From a virus, in IMG/VR virus record IMGVR_UViG_3300009157_000016, positions 32,001-96,000 of that record: DNA of 64,000 bases. One strand, given 5' to 3'. Below the pieces are notes generated by a model that saw only the letters and a list, made by a program, of their open reading frames with translations, did not search any database and was not told the DNA's origin. The position numbers and the translations under genes are program-made. The first letter of the stretch is position 1; every line of letters starts with the position of its first letter. Of the stretch, positions 37,926 to 47,601 are shown one piece after another.

Positions 37926-38500
37926 TCCAGGTCTTCGGACTCCCGCTATACACCATTGAGCCAATTCCCAATGACCTGATTAGCGCTGTCTTTGGCGGCG
38001 ATACAGGCACGATCCAAGACGTGCCTGAGAACATCATTACTATCTCAAATGAAGATGTCCAACAAATCCAAGAAATGCCGCAAGTTGACTACATCATCAC
38101 GAACCCGGCAGGGCCGCCCGGTGCGCCCGGTCAGGACGGGGCGGCGGGAGAGGCAGTGGTTGTCCGCGAAGCTGCACAAGCTTTGGGCGGGCATCGTGTG
38201 GTCAAGCCGGTGGCGAGTGACGAAGTAGATTATGCCAGTTCTGACATAGCTGGTGACGGCGACCTCATCCTTGGGATCACGAAGGGCGCTGCTGCGGCTG
38301 GCGACGACGTGCAAGTGCAGGTCGGTGGCACCATGACAGAGGGTTCCTGGAATTGGATCCTCGGTCCCGTTTACTGCGGCCTCAATGGTGTGCTCACGCA
38401 GGTCGTCCCCACGTCTGGTTTCGTGTGCCGCGTGGCAAAGGCGCTGTCGCCTACCACAATCCTCGTCAACGTTGAGGAAGCATTTCTGCTCGCATCATAG
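37910..38500 (+). CDS. Collagen-linker + capsid-cement (DUF2190-like) protein
   Basis: GPPGAPGQDGAAG; AAQALGGHRVV..LGIT..AAAGDDV.V..G..W..GPVY..GVLTQ. Confidence 0.55.
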   Translation: MAASVIQVFGLPLYTIEPIPNDLISAVFGGDTGTIQDVPENIITISNEDVQQIQEMPQVDYIITNPAGPPGAPGQDGAAGEAVVVREAAQALGGHRVVKPVASDEVDYASSDIAGDGDLILGITKGAAAAGDDVQVQVGGTMTEGSWNWILGPVYCGLNGVLTQVVPTSGFVCRVAKALSPTTILVNVEEAFLLAS

Positions 38501-38511
38501 GAGGAAGGTTC

Positions 38512-39021
38512 ATGGCTGGATTGTCGTTTCTTAGACTGGTTGGCGGTGCTATTCAGGAAGTCCTTGGACTCCAGACAAGTGCCGGCGCTGGTGATGCGGG
38601 GAAGATTCCGGCGCTGGATGCGGGTGGACGTATCGACAACAGCATGATGCCGGTTGGCATTGGTGCGGATACGGCGTCCGTCGTCACAAGCGAGAGCCTT
38701 GCGGCCGGCGACTGGGTTAACATCCACGCGTCGACCGGTTCCAAGGCGCGCAAGGCTGATGCTACGACAGCCGGCAAGGAAGTGGATGGGTTCGTGCTGG
38801 CGGCGGTCACCGCGCCGGCTGCCGCCACGGTCTACTTCGAAGGGACGAACAATCAGGTGAGCGGCATGACGCCGGGATCACCTGTGTTCCTGTCGACCAC
38901 GCCCGGTGTCGGTGCTCATACTGTTCCTAGCGCGTCAGGGAACATTGTGCAGCGGATTGGCGTCGCGGTCAGTGCCACCGAAGTCAACTTTGAGCGCGGT
39001 GCCCCGGTAACCCTCGCATAG
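38512..39021 (+). CDS. Capsid-cement/decoration-like protein
   Basis: SESLAAGDWVNI..ARKADA..GFV..VYFEG..GMTPG..FLS..G..VQRIGVA. Confidence 0.55.
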   Translation: MAGLSFLRLVGGAIQEVLGLQTSAGAGDAGKIPALDAGGRIDNSMMPVGIGADTASVVTSESLAAGDWVNIHASTGSKARKADATTAGKEVDGFVLAAVTAPAAATVYFEGTNNQVSGMTPGSPVFLSTTPGVGAHTVPSASGNIVQRIGVAVSATEVNFERGAPVTLA

Positions 39022-39033
39022 GGAAGTTTCTTC

Positions 39034-42000
39034 ATGGCGACCCGTAGACCCCTCGTCGTCGTCAGCGGGTTTTTCAGAGAGCTTCCGACTGGCGATATAC
39101 TTCCCGTAGCGTTTGCTGATCTGACCAGCAAGCCGACGACGCTTGCTGGTTATGGTATCGTAGACGCCCAGCCGCTTGACGGGACGCTCACCGCTCTCGC
39201 TGGTCTGAACGCCACCGCAGGCTTGGTGGAGCAGACCGGTGCGGATGCGTTCACGAAGCGCGCCATTGGCGTCGCCGCCGGTACCTCTATTCCCACGCGC
39301 GCAGACGGGGACGCGCGGTGGCTTATCTCTACCGTGGCGGCGGCAGCCCTAGCAGCCCTGACGCCTGCGGCCGACAGGCTCCCATACTTCGATAGCACCA
39401 CGACCGCAGCGCTGGCGACCTACACCGCCTATGCAAGAACGCTCGCCGACGATGCTGATGCTGCGACATCACGCGGCACGCTTGGCCTAGGAACGGCGGC
39501 CACACAGAACACCGGTACGTCGGGTGCTAACCTTCCCTTCCTGAATGGCACCAATCAGTGGTCCGGTCAGCAAGTCATTTCGCTGTCTACGGCTTCGGCT
39601 GTACCGCTGGTCATCATTTCGTCTGAGGCTGGTTCCGGGCAAGGCCCCTTCCTTGACATTAGAAGGGACAGCGCTACTCCGGCCATCAACGACGACATTG
39701 GTGCGCTGCGTTTCCACGGACGCGATAGCGGCGGCACCAATACGAACTACGGTCAGATCGACGCACGCATTCTAGACCCGGCTGATACTCTTGAGAGCAG
39801 CCGGATGCGGCTGCTTACCTACACTCTAGGCACCCTGTCCGCCGTTCTTACTCTCAACGTTGGCGCAACCATCGGTACGGCCACCGATCAAGGTGCGAAC
39901 ACGCTCAATGCCGGAGCGCTTTACGAAGCTGGCACGGCGATCTCCACGAAGTATTTCTTGGCGTCAGGCATCTCAGCCTATGGCGCAACGCTTGTGGACG
40001 ACGCGGACGCCGCCACGGCGCGCGGCACACTAGGCCTCGGAACTGCGGCGGTTCAGAACACCGGTACTTCCGGCGCTACGGTTCCGCTGCTCAATACCGA
40101 TCCTACTTGGTCAGGAAGCGTCCACGCACATATCCGCCCAAGCACGACCATCGGCACGGCGGTTATGGGCAACCAAGCCAATACGACGAACGCCGACATC
40201 TATCAGATTGCGTTCCGTGCGTTGGATGATGGCGGCAACGTGCATGACTACGCGCTCATGCGGGCTATTATCCTTGATCCCGCAAATGGAGCGGAGTCAG
40301 GTGGCCTAGAATGGCGAACATCGGTCGCAGGAACGAGCGCAAGGCGCTTGAACCTTCGGCAGGGCTTGTACACGGAAGGCGTGACCGGCACCGATAAGGG
40401 CCTCAATACGATCAATGCCGGGACGTACTATGAGAACAACGTCCTTCTAAGCACGAAGTATCTGACGTCCGCAAGTGTGTCAGCTTACATCCTGACCCTT
40501 CTTGATGACACCGACGCAGCTACCGCTCGCGGCACGTTGGGGTTGGGCACTTCCGCTACCGTCAACACCGGCACGACCGGTGCAACCATCCCGTTGCTCA
40601 ATGGTTCTTGGACTGCTTCACCGGGACCGTTTGTCTTTCAGTCACCTTCTACTGACCAAGGTGGCTTTGCTGTCAATTCGGCTTCCTCTGCCGGTCCTCC
40701 GAACCGCGTCTTTGCGGTTTACCGTGATGGCCCGCTGGACGACACGCGGCGCGTGTTCGAAGTTCTGCGCGCATCCTCCAATGCTGTGCTTGCTCACGGC
40801 TCAGTCGTGTGGACGGCTGCTACCTTGCCGGCCAGCGCATACTTCCTGACGTTGGCAGACGATGCGGATGCCGCTACCGCACGCGGCACTCTAGGGCTTG
40901 GCACGGCGGCAGTTGAGAATATTGGCACGACCGGTGCTACGGTTCCGCTTCTCAACACTTCTGTTGTTTTCAGCGGTGCCACCTTTGGCGTCACCCTTGG
41001 AACGACGACTGCTTCTCAGATCAGTTTTGGATCGACGCTTGCTACGGGCGGTACGATCTCAACGATTTTCTTCAACGCACTGGACAGCGCGGCGGCGGGA
41101 GTCAACTACGCTGGCGTCCGCGCAACGATTATCAGCGCCACGGCGGGCGCGGCGACAGGCCGTTTGGAGCTGCGGACGGCAAGCGCCAGCAATCTCACGA
41201 CGCGTGTCAACATTGATTTGGGAATGTACACGCCGGCCGTGACTGGCGGTGACAAGGGAGTCAGCACTCTCAACTTCGGGACAGTTTACGAATCCAACAG
41301 CCGCGTCTGGACAGCGGCTACGCTTCCTGCAAGTGCCTTCTTCCTTACGTTGGCTGATGATGCAGACGCAGCGACGGCTCGTGGCACGCTCGGCCTTGGT
41401 ACTGCCGCAACTCAGAATACCGGCTCTTCTGGCGCTAACCTTCCGTTCCTGAGTGGCACCAATACCTGGAGCAATCCGAACACGTTCGCTTCTACGTCGG
41501 CGAGCGCTATGGTGGTGCGCGTCCAAACAAGCGAGGATGGCGCGGCTGTTGGTCCTATTCTTGACCTTCACCGCATCTCTGCTTCGCCGACAGTGAACGA
41601 TCTGCTTGGGCAGATTCGCTTCGCTGGTTTGGATAGCGGTGGTACATTTACTTCTTACGCTACCATCTTCACGCAAATTCTTGTGGCCACTGACACGGCC
41701 GAATCTGGAATACTTAGCATCCAGACAGCGGTTGCCGGGACCACGGCTACCCGCATCCAGATTGCAGGAGGGCTGTACACTGCCAGCGTCACGGGTGGTG
41801 ATCAAGGAATTGGATCCATCAATGCGGCGACGCTTTACGAAGCCGCCGTGCGGGTCCTCACGGCCTCAGACGTCACGACCTATACCCGCACGCTTCTGAA
41901 TGATCCTGACGCCGCCACGGCGCGCGGCACGCTTGGCCTAGGCACCGTGGCGGTTCTGAACGTTGGCACGTCTGGTTCCAACGTGGTTCCTGTTCTCAGC

Positions 42001-42747
42001 GGTTCCAACGTGTGGAGCGCGGACCAGGAAATCACACGCGCTTCGACGACCATCACTTCGTTGACGTTGGGCAACCAGCAAAATGCGAACGCTCAAATCG
42101 TAGCGCAGATTGTGTTCCGCGGATGGGACTCCGGCAGCGTGGTCCATTCGTACGGTTCAATCCAAGCCCACATCGTTGACAACACCGACGGCAGTGAGGA
42201 CGGCCGTCTTGCACTGCGGGCCTCCATCAATACGAATATGACGACAGCGGTGTTTGTTGGCGCTGGTCTCTACACTTCCAGTGTCTCTGGCGGTGATCAA
42301 GGTGCGAATACGATCAACGCAACCACGTTATACGAAGCTGGCGTTTCCTTGGTGGCGAAGTATGCGCGGCTGGGAGTGGCAAACATCTTCACTGCCGGGC
42401 AGACCATGCCGGCTGCGGTTCATACGCAGCTTGTCTTGGCGGATGACACTGCCGGTTCAATTACCCTCCTAGCGCCGGGTGGTTCTATTGTCGTGGTGAG
42501 CACGCGCGGCAACGCCGCTGCGACAGGATCACCTCGAGGAATGTGGTATGTAGCGACCAATGCGGCCACGCTCACGTCCATCTCATTCATCGCTGACGCG
42601 AACTTGAATTTCACGACCGGGGCGCTTACAGGTACAACCGGCACCGACGGAAAATTCACCATGTCTGTCCACAGCACCGGCCTCTTCTTTGAGAACCGGA
42701 TGGGGGCATCCCGCAGCGTGGACGTGTTTGTGATCGGTGGCTTCTAG
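39034..42747 (+). CDS. Long modular fibre protein
   Basis: KPTTLAGYGIVDA fibre motif; six DDADAATARGTLGLG repeats; Ala/Thr/Gly-rich. Confidence 0.8.
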   Translation: MATRRPLVVVSGFFRELPTGDILPVAFADLTSKPTTLAGYGIVDAQPLDGTLTALAGLNATAGLVEQTGADAFTKRAIGVAAGTSIPTRADGDARWLISTVAAAALAALTPAADRLPYFDSTTTAALATYTAYARTLADDADAATSRGTLGLGTAATQNTGTSGANLPFLNGTNQWSGQQVISLSTASAVPLVIISSEAGSGQGPFLDIRRDSATPAINDDIGALRFHGRDSGGTNTNYGQIDARILDPADTLESSRMRLLTYTLGTLSAVLTLNVGATIGTATDQGANTLNAGALYEAGTAISTKYFLASGISAYGATLVDDADAATARGTLGLGTAAVQNTGTSGATVPLLNTDPTWSGSVHAHIRPSTTIGTAVMGNQANTTNADIYQIAFRALDDGGNVHDYALMRAIILDPANGAESGGLEWRTSVAGTSARRLNLRQGLYTEGVTGTDKGLNTINAGTYYENNVLLSTKYLTSASVSAYILTLLDDTDAATARGTLGLGTSATVNTGTTGATIPLLNGSWTASPGPFVFQSPSTDQGGFAVNSASSAGPPNRVFAVYRDGPLDDTRRVFEVLRASSNAVLAHGSVVWTAATLPASAYFLTLADDADAATARGTLGLGTAAVENIGTTGATVPLLNTSVVFSGATFGVTLGTTTASQISFGSTLATGGTISTIFFNALDSAAAGVNYAGVRATIISATAGAATGRLELRTASASNLTTRVNIDLGMYTPAVTGGDKGVSTLNFGTVYESNSRVWTAATLPASAFFLTLADDADAATARGTLGLGTAATQNTGSSGANLPFLSGTNTWSNPNTFASTSASAMVVRVQTSEDGAAVGPILDLHRISASPTVNDLLGQIRFAGLDSGGTFTSYATIFTQILVATDTAESGILSIQTAVAGTTATRIQIAGGLYTASVTGGDQGIGSINAATLYEAAVRVLTASDVTTYTRTLLNDPDAATARGTLGLGTVAVLNVGTSGSNVVPVLSGSNVWSADQEITRASTTITSLTLGNQQNANAQIVAQIVFRGWDSGSVVHSYGSIQAHIVDNTDGSEDGRLALRASINTNMTTAVFVGAGLYTSSVSGGDQGANTINATTLYEAGVSLVAKYARLGVANIFTAGQTMPAAVHTQLVLADDTAGSITLLAPGGSIVVVSTRGNAAATGSPRGMWYVATNAATLTSISFIADANLNFTTGALTGTTGTDGKFTMSVHSTGLFFENRMGASRSVDVFVIGGF
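39440..42020 (+). repeat. Six degenerate coding repeats (LxDDxDAATARGTLGLGT..NTG..P.L) in the fibre gene
   Basis: Copies near 39440, 39990, 40495, 40850, 41350, 41890; GCCGCCACGGCGCGCGGCAC shared by copies 2 and 6. Confidence 0.85.
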
Positions 42748-42760
42748 GTAGGAGGTAGGT

Positions 42761-43126
42761 ATGACAAAAGTGAACAAGGAAGTAGACAAGCCGCAACCGC
42801 GCAAGATCAACTTCGACGTCGTGCCCGTCATGATTGGCGGGCAGAACGTTACCCTGCGCACGGGCGCGGATGGGAAGCCAATTGACGCCACGTTGGGGGA
42901 GATCTGCATCTTCTGCCTGAACTTCTCAGACCAGATGGAGGACAGGTCCATTACCGGCGAGCAGAAATACAGCTTCTACAAGCTGGGAAGGAAGCTCGAG
43001 CCGGGCGGTGAGATAGCTTTGCAGGCACAGGAGATTGTCTTGATAAAGCAGCGCGCAGCGAAGGCGCTTACGGCCTATGGATACGGGGCGGTGTGCGACC
43101 TGATAGACCCGGCACCGTCAGAATGA
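42761..43126 (+). CDS. Hypothetical protein (possible fibre chaperone)
   Basis: Directly after the fibre gene; TL..L..GEQKY..YKL..K pattern; AGGAGG RBS. Confidence 0.5.
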   Translation: MTKVNKEVDKPQPRKINFDVVPVMIGGQNVTLRTGADGKPIDATLGEICIFCLNFSDQMEDRSITGEQKYSFYKLGRKLEPGGEIALQAQEIVLIKQRAAKALTAYGYGAVCDLIDPAPSE

Positions 43127-43682
43127 CGCCCTGCATCTTTGCGCCAAAGGGCTGCCGCTCGCCGGCAGCCTTCTTGGTCCTTGTCCCGGAGGGGTGCATC
43201 TGCTTCGAAGACACTGTGCAAGCGGTCTGTCATCAACACTTTGAGACGCTGGAGACGACAGGCTCGCTTGACGTGATCGGATACTTGAACGGCGTGGTGC
43301 TGGACCCGGAACTGAACTAGTCGCCCCCGCCGCCGCCACCTCCCCCGCCGTCGCCGCACGCTGGGCCGCTGTCGGCCACGCTGGGGCCGCAGTCCGCCCC
43401 GTGGCCGGCTGAGCCGCCTCCAAAGGTGTCGCCCCCTATGACGGGCTGGACATAGGCGCGGTCCTCATGACGTGATCTTGGGTACGTAGAGCGGCCTCCG
43501 CCACTCGATACGCCTAGTTCCATCTGCTGGCCCTGCTTGAGTCCTTTCCGTTGGCGCTTGCGGCCCAAGTATGGGAACTTCATTGCACTGTTCTCCTTCG
43601 CAACAATGTTGATACCCCCCGTGGCAGTCAGGACAAGGGTGGCCACGTGGCAGCCATCTTGTCCCGTGGCAGGTTCGACAGA

Positions 43683-44048
43683 TCATACCCCGAACATGGC
43701 TCCGTTCAACTGCGTGTAGCCGCAGTCGCGGCAGTGCATCTCGATCCGGTTCTTCTCCACGTTGAAGAAGGGATAGAGCGGCGTGTGGTTGCTGTTGGTC
43801 CCGCACGTCAGAGGATGCACGTTGTGCGGGATGGCCGGCTCAGGGTCGCCGGTAGGATGGTTATCGCCGAACCGCACACGGTTCGTCTGATGCATGGTGA
43901 TGTTGTTCATCGCCGTGATCACTTCCTGCGACCGCCTGATATGGCCGAACAGGTGCATGACCTGATCCGGCGTCAAGAAGGATGCCTCAGCCTCCTTCTT
44001 GAGATGCTCTAGTTCGTGCTGCTTGAGCAGCGCCAAAGCTCTAGGCAT
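43683..44048 (-). CDS. Hypothetical Zn-ribbon protein
   Basis: HPLTCG..H..CRDCGYTQ. Confidence 0.55.
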   Translation of the reverse strand: MPRALALLKQHELEHLKKEAEASFLTPDQVMHLFGHIRRSQEVITAMNNITMHQTNRVRFGDNHPTGDPEPAIPHNVHPLTCGTNSNHTPLYPFFNVEKNRIEMHCRDCGYTQLNGAMFGV

Positions 44049-44715
44049 TGGGAAACTCCTTGTTGAGACTGTCCCGCAGTTCGACCAAGTCTTCCTTGGT
44101 GAGGAAGCCAACAATGGACGCGCCGTGGTTTGAGCCGTCCATTGCGTGCATGAGATACTCCGACCCACCGCCTTTGTAGAGGCGCAGGAGCGTCAGGTGC
44201 TTGTTCAAGGCAGGCATGGCGAAGATAGACGTCAGGGTGACGGTGCCTTCGTTATCCTTGACTTCCTTGTTGCCGAGCTGGGCGAACTGATGAATGGCGG
44301 TGATGGGCATCCCCTCATCGGGGTTGGCTTCCTTCCACTCACGCATTTTGCCGGCGGTCTCGGTGGCGCGGTTGATCTTCTCCTTTTCATGGGGCTCGTA
44401 CATGTTCCGATCGGTGACCCACCGTTCTACCAAGCCGGGCGCTTGCGGGTCGCGGGCCAGCAAGATGAACGTTGGCTCATCCTCGAACGGGATGTAGACG
44501 ACCCGCTCCACCAAGCGTGTGACGACTTCGTCCATCACCTGCTGGACTTGGGTTGTGATGAAGTTCGCGAGCGACTTCTGTGCCGTCTCGGGAACCGCTT
44601 CGAAGGCGGCGGGGTACATCTCTTTGAGATGCCGCACCGACGCCAAGGCAGCACCACGAATTTGTGCGTGGTTGCTGTTGACGAACTCCTTTATTTCGTG
44701 ATTACGATCTTCCAT
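44041..44715 (-). CDS. Hypothetical protein
   Basis: DEPTFILLARDPQAPGLVERW pattern; GAGGAGG RBS. Confidence 0.6.
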   Translation of the reverse strand: MEDRNHEIKEFVNSNHAQIRGAALASVRHLKEMYPAAFEAVPETAQKSLANFITTQVQQVMDEVVTRLVERVVYIPFEDEPTFILLARDPQAPGLVERWVTDRNMYEPHEKEKINRATETAGKMREWKEANPDEGMPITAIHQFAQLGNKEVKDNEGTVTLTSIFAMPALNKHLTLLRLYKGGGSEYLMHAMDGSNHGASIVGFLTKEDLVELRDSLNKEFPNA

Positions 44716-44725
44716 AGACACCTCC

Positions 44726-45703
44726 TCATTCAACGCATTCGTTGGGCAGATACTTCCGGTACTGGCACCAGCCTTTGAGGTTCCCATGCTTCTCAGGGTG
44801 CTGCCAGTAGCCGCCTTCGAAGCCTATGCCATCGGCGCGCAGGTCTTCTGGAACCCACACGTCAGGAGTGGCAACCGACTCGGACGGGCTGGCGTGGACC
44901 GGCATTGAGCCCACAAGAAGCTTGAAGCGTGCGAACTCCGCTTCATAGGCAGCGTTGCCGTCGAAGGGGGCAATGCTGACGCGGGCGATACGAGCCGTGC
45001 TGATCCTTCTCAAGTCATTGAGGCAGGCTTTGTTATCGTCACCGTGCATCAGCTTCACTTCGTCTCTATCTTCTTCGCTGATGTAGGGCATGTGCCATTC
45101 GCCGGGCTGGAGCAGCTTCGGCGTGCTCATGTTAAGCTCGGTCTGGATGCAGAACGCAAGGTCCTGCATTTCCTGTTGGGCGGCGGAGTGGTCCCTCAAC
45201 GCTAGGAAGTTCTTCCAGTTGGTTGTCGACAGGACCAGGTCGATGTAACCAAAGAACTCCAGCGGTCTATTCGCCCACTGCTTGTGGACGTCCATCTCAT
45301 TGAACCAAGCCACCTCGTCCGCCACATGCGCGCACAGCTTGAGCCAGCGCGTCGTGATGGCGTCGAGCGTCTCAGGATCAAACTCTTCACCGGGCGTCAT
45401 GCCCTTGGCGTTGTGGCGAAAGGCTGGCACGTAAGGGTTCTCACGTGCTTCCTTTAGCAGCCGGTTGACCGGCACTGCCCGTGACGAACGTCCATTGCGG
45501 GACATGTCACGGTCGATGAGGATGGAGATGTCAGTCATGACGTCCAAGACCTCACCTTCATAGCCGGAGTGAATCCTGTGTGTTTTGCAGTCAGCGTGAA
45601 CCATGCGCGGGAAGCGCACTTGCAGTGACGCAAAGCGGGGAGCGTATTGTCCAATGCTGTCAAGGATCATTGTGGCGCTAGCGCCGTGTCTCACAGTAGC
45701 CAT
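44726..45703 (-). CDS. thyX: Flavin-dependent thymidylate synthase (ThyX/Thy1-like)
   Basis: FPRMVHA..THR..SRNGRSSRAVP, HKQWANRPLE, NFLALRDH..AQQEM, STARIARVS, HASPSE. Confidence 0.8.
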   Translation of the reverse strand: MATVRHGASATMILDSIGQYAPRFASLQVRFPRMVHADCKTHRIHSGYEGEVLDVMTDISILIDRDMSRNGRSSRAVPVNRLLKEARENPYVPAFRHNAKGMTPGEEFDPETLDAITTRWLKLCAHVADEVAWFNEMDVHKQWANRPLEFFGYIDLVLSTTNWKNFLALRDHSAAQQEMQDLAFCIQTELNMSTPKLLQPGEWHMPYISEEDRDEVKLMHGDDNKACLNDLRRISTARIARVSIAPFDGNAAYEAEFARFKLLVGSMPVHASPSESVATPDVWVPEDLRADGIGFEGGYWQHPEKHGNLKGWCQYRKYLPNECVE

Positions 45704-45718
45704 CGTTTGCCTCGCTAG

Positions 45719-45748
45719 GAAAACCTGCGGGGCTCGCCACCCCGCAGG
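45719..45748 (-). terminator. Intrinsic terminator after endolysin
   Basis: cctgcgggg-loop-ccccgcagg followed by TTTT on the minus strand. Confidence 0.65.
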
Positions 45749-45763
45749 AAGGTGGAAAGGAAA

Positions 45764-46447
45764 CTACAGTTTGTCGGCGGTCTCCTTGCGGAGCTTGTCG
45801 CCGCAAGCCTTCGCGCCGACGACGCTTGGGTCGAACGACAGCCGGGTGTAATCCCATTTGCCGTCCTGCGCAATGCCAAGGTTGGCTTGCACCTCGCCGT
45901 GAGACAGGAGCTCCTTTGGTGTGGGGTCGATGTCGTAGAACTCACAAAGCTGAGCGCAGACGCTTGTGAGAACGTCCCATTGCGTCTTCGTCATGGGGTA
46001 CTTGCCCGAGCTGAACGGGTTTTCCTGCGCGTCAGCCATGCAGCAGAGCGACACGCCGATGCTCTCGGTGTTCGAGTTCTTGGTGTGTGCGGCGTAGTCG
46101 TTGTCGCCAGTGCTGATGTTGTCCGCGATGGTGTGCGTGCCGCGAACGAGCGAGCCGTCACCTTCGATCAGGATGTGGTAGTGCTCCCGGTCGTTCTCAC
46201 TGGCCTTGTGGGAGCCCGCCGTCCAATGGACGATGATCCTCGCCATGTGACAGTCGGACAACCAGTCATCCGGAATGATGTCCATGTCGGCGCTTGGCGG
46301 TGGTGGTTCAGGCACTTCCACAGGCGGGGCATATTTGTCCAGCGCGTCGAAGACGGCTTCCTCAGTGAGGGTGCCGTATATGCCGTCGATCTGACCGGGT
46401 TTGAATCCCAATGCCGTCAATCGCTGTTGCAGTTCGTCGGTTCTCAT
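45764..46447 (-). CDS. Endolysin: PG-binding domain + N-acetylmuramoyl-L-alanine amidase (Amidase_2)
   Basis: LQQRLTALGF.PGQIDGIYG..T; IIVHWTAG, YHILI.GDG, AAHT..N..SIGVS, SHGE. Confidence 0.9.
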   Translation of the reverse strand: MRTDELQQRLTALGFKPGQIDGIYGTLTEEAVFDALDKYAPPVEVPEPPPPSADMDIIPDDWLSDCHMARIIVHWTAGSHKASENDREHYHILIEGDGSLVRGTHTIADNISTGDNDYAAHTKNSNTESIGVSLCCMADAQENPFSSGKYPMTKTQWDVLTSVCAQLCEFYDIDPTPKELLSHGEVQANLGIAQDGKWDYTRLSFDPSVVGAKACGDKLRKETADKL

Positions 46448-46579
46448 AAGTGTCTCCTCAATGGGCCTCAAGGCAAGGCCGGTGCAAGCTTACCATGCCG
46501 CGCCGTGGCGCTAGGGCAGGGCGTACAGCGCCGCGCCGCCTAGGGCAGGGCCGCAGGGCCGGCGCAAGGTTAACGCGCC

Positions 46580-46993
46580 CTAGGGGGCGGCGTCGTAGGC
46601 AACGATCAAATCGTTGAGCGCCCCCCTGAGAATGTTGACGGCGTTCTCCTCGGTCTCCTTGTACAGCACCCAAACTTCCAAGGCGCGTAGCGCCCGTAGC
46701 TGATGCTGATTTGAGAAACCGTTCTCCCGTATGTAATGCTCCATCGGGATAGGCTTTTGCCCGGCAAGGACTGGGAAGCACTGCGGGCCGTTCAGGTTGA
46801 TCCTGATTTCGACCTCGTGCAGGGCCTTCTGGACGTCCTGCTTTTGATCCTTCCTGTCGTAGCGGCTAAGCCGCTTCAAGATGGTGAACGCCACCGCATC
46901 CCAGTCGTTGTGCATGGCGAACGTGAACGGTTCAATGCGGAGACCCTTGTAGTGGGTTCCACCGACTTGTTCGTCTGACGGCTTGTAACTCAT
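46580..46993 (-). CDS. DUF3310 (SaV/gp1.7-like) protein
   Basis: QVGGTHYK..IEP..K..R..K..DVQKALH. Confidence 0.8.
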   Translation of the reverse strand: MSYKPSDEQVGGTHYKGLRIEPFTFAMHNDWDAVAFTILKRLSRYDRKDQKQDVQKALHEVEIRINLNGPQCFPVLAGQKPIPMEHYIRENGFSNQHQLRALRALEVWVLYKETEENAVNILRGALNDLIVAYDAAP

Positions 46994-47045
46994 GACGGGT
47001 TCCTTCTTAATGCCCATCATGCATATACTGTTCCCAAAATGAATA

Positions 47046-47069
47046 GGGGCCGGAAGTAATTCCGGCCCC
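47046..47069 (-). terminator. Intrinsic terminator after TerB-like gene
   Basis: ggggccggaa-gtaa-ttccggcccc followed by TATTCATTTT on the minus strand. Confidence 0.7.
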
Positions 47070-47092
47070 CCGTAGTGTGGCGCGAAGCTGTC

Positions 47093-47554
47093 CTACGCCG
47101 AGAGCATCTCGATCAGGCCGAGCTTCTTGAGGTCCACGTTGAGTGTTGTCGCGATCTTGTTGAGCACCGCGACCTCCGTGGCTTCCAGCTCGCCGTCGGC
47201 GTAGGCCACGTCAAGGCCGACCAGATAGACGTCTTCACCAATGGTCTCACCCTTGCCCTTGACGTCGGCAATCTCACGCATCAAGCCGATGCGGCCCGAA
47301 TGGGAGTCCGCCTTCTTGAGCATGGTGTCCATCGTCCGCTCAATGTCGTCTGACTTGTAAATTGTGGACAGACTGGCGTGGCTGCCGACGATCTTCATCG
47401 CCTTCGCACGCTCCTCCGGTTCCAGCGTCCCGTCGGCGTAGGCCACCAAGGCGACGGCCGCGCAGCACGCTTCCAGAAAGTCTTTGTTCTGGCCGTACTC
47501 CGCCTTCACTTCCTTGGTGGCGGCACCGACGATCTTCCGCAAAGATCCAAACAT
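47093..47554 (-). CDS. TerB family protein
   Basis: NKDFLEACCAAVALVAYADG..EE..DVAYADGELEATEVAVLNKIA. Confidence 0.9.
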   Translation of the reverse strand: MFGSLRKIVGAATKEVKAEYGQNKDFLEACCAAVALVAYADGTLEPEERAKAMKIVGSHASLSTIYKSDDIERTMDTMLKKADSHSGRIGLMREIADVKGKGETIGEDVYLVGLDVAYADGELEATEVAVLNKIATTLNVDLKKLGLIEMLSA

Positions 47555-47601
47555 ATAGGTAGTCTCCTCTTGCCTGCGTAGCGGACCCGGCTACGCGCGG
47601 G

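Noticed and set aside
39034-42747. Fibre repeats as a diversity-generating retroelement target
   Set aside because: No reverse transcriptase in the window and no template/variable repeat pair differing only at adenines.
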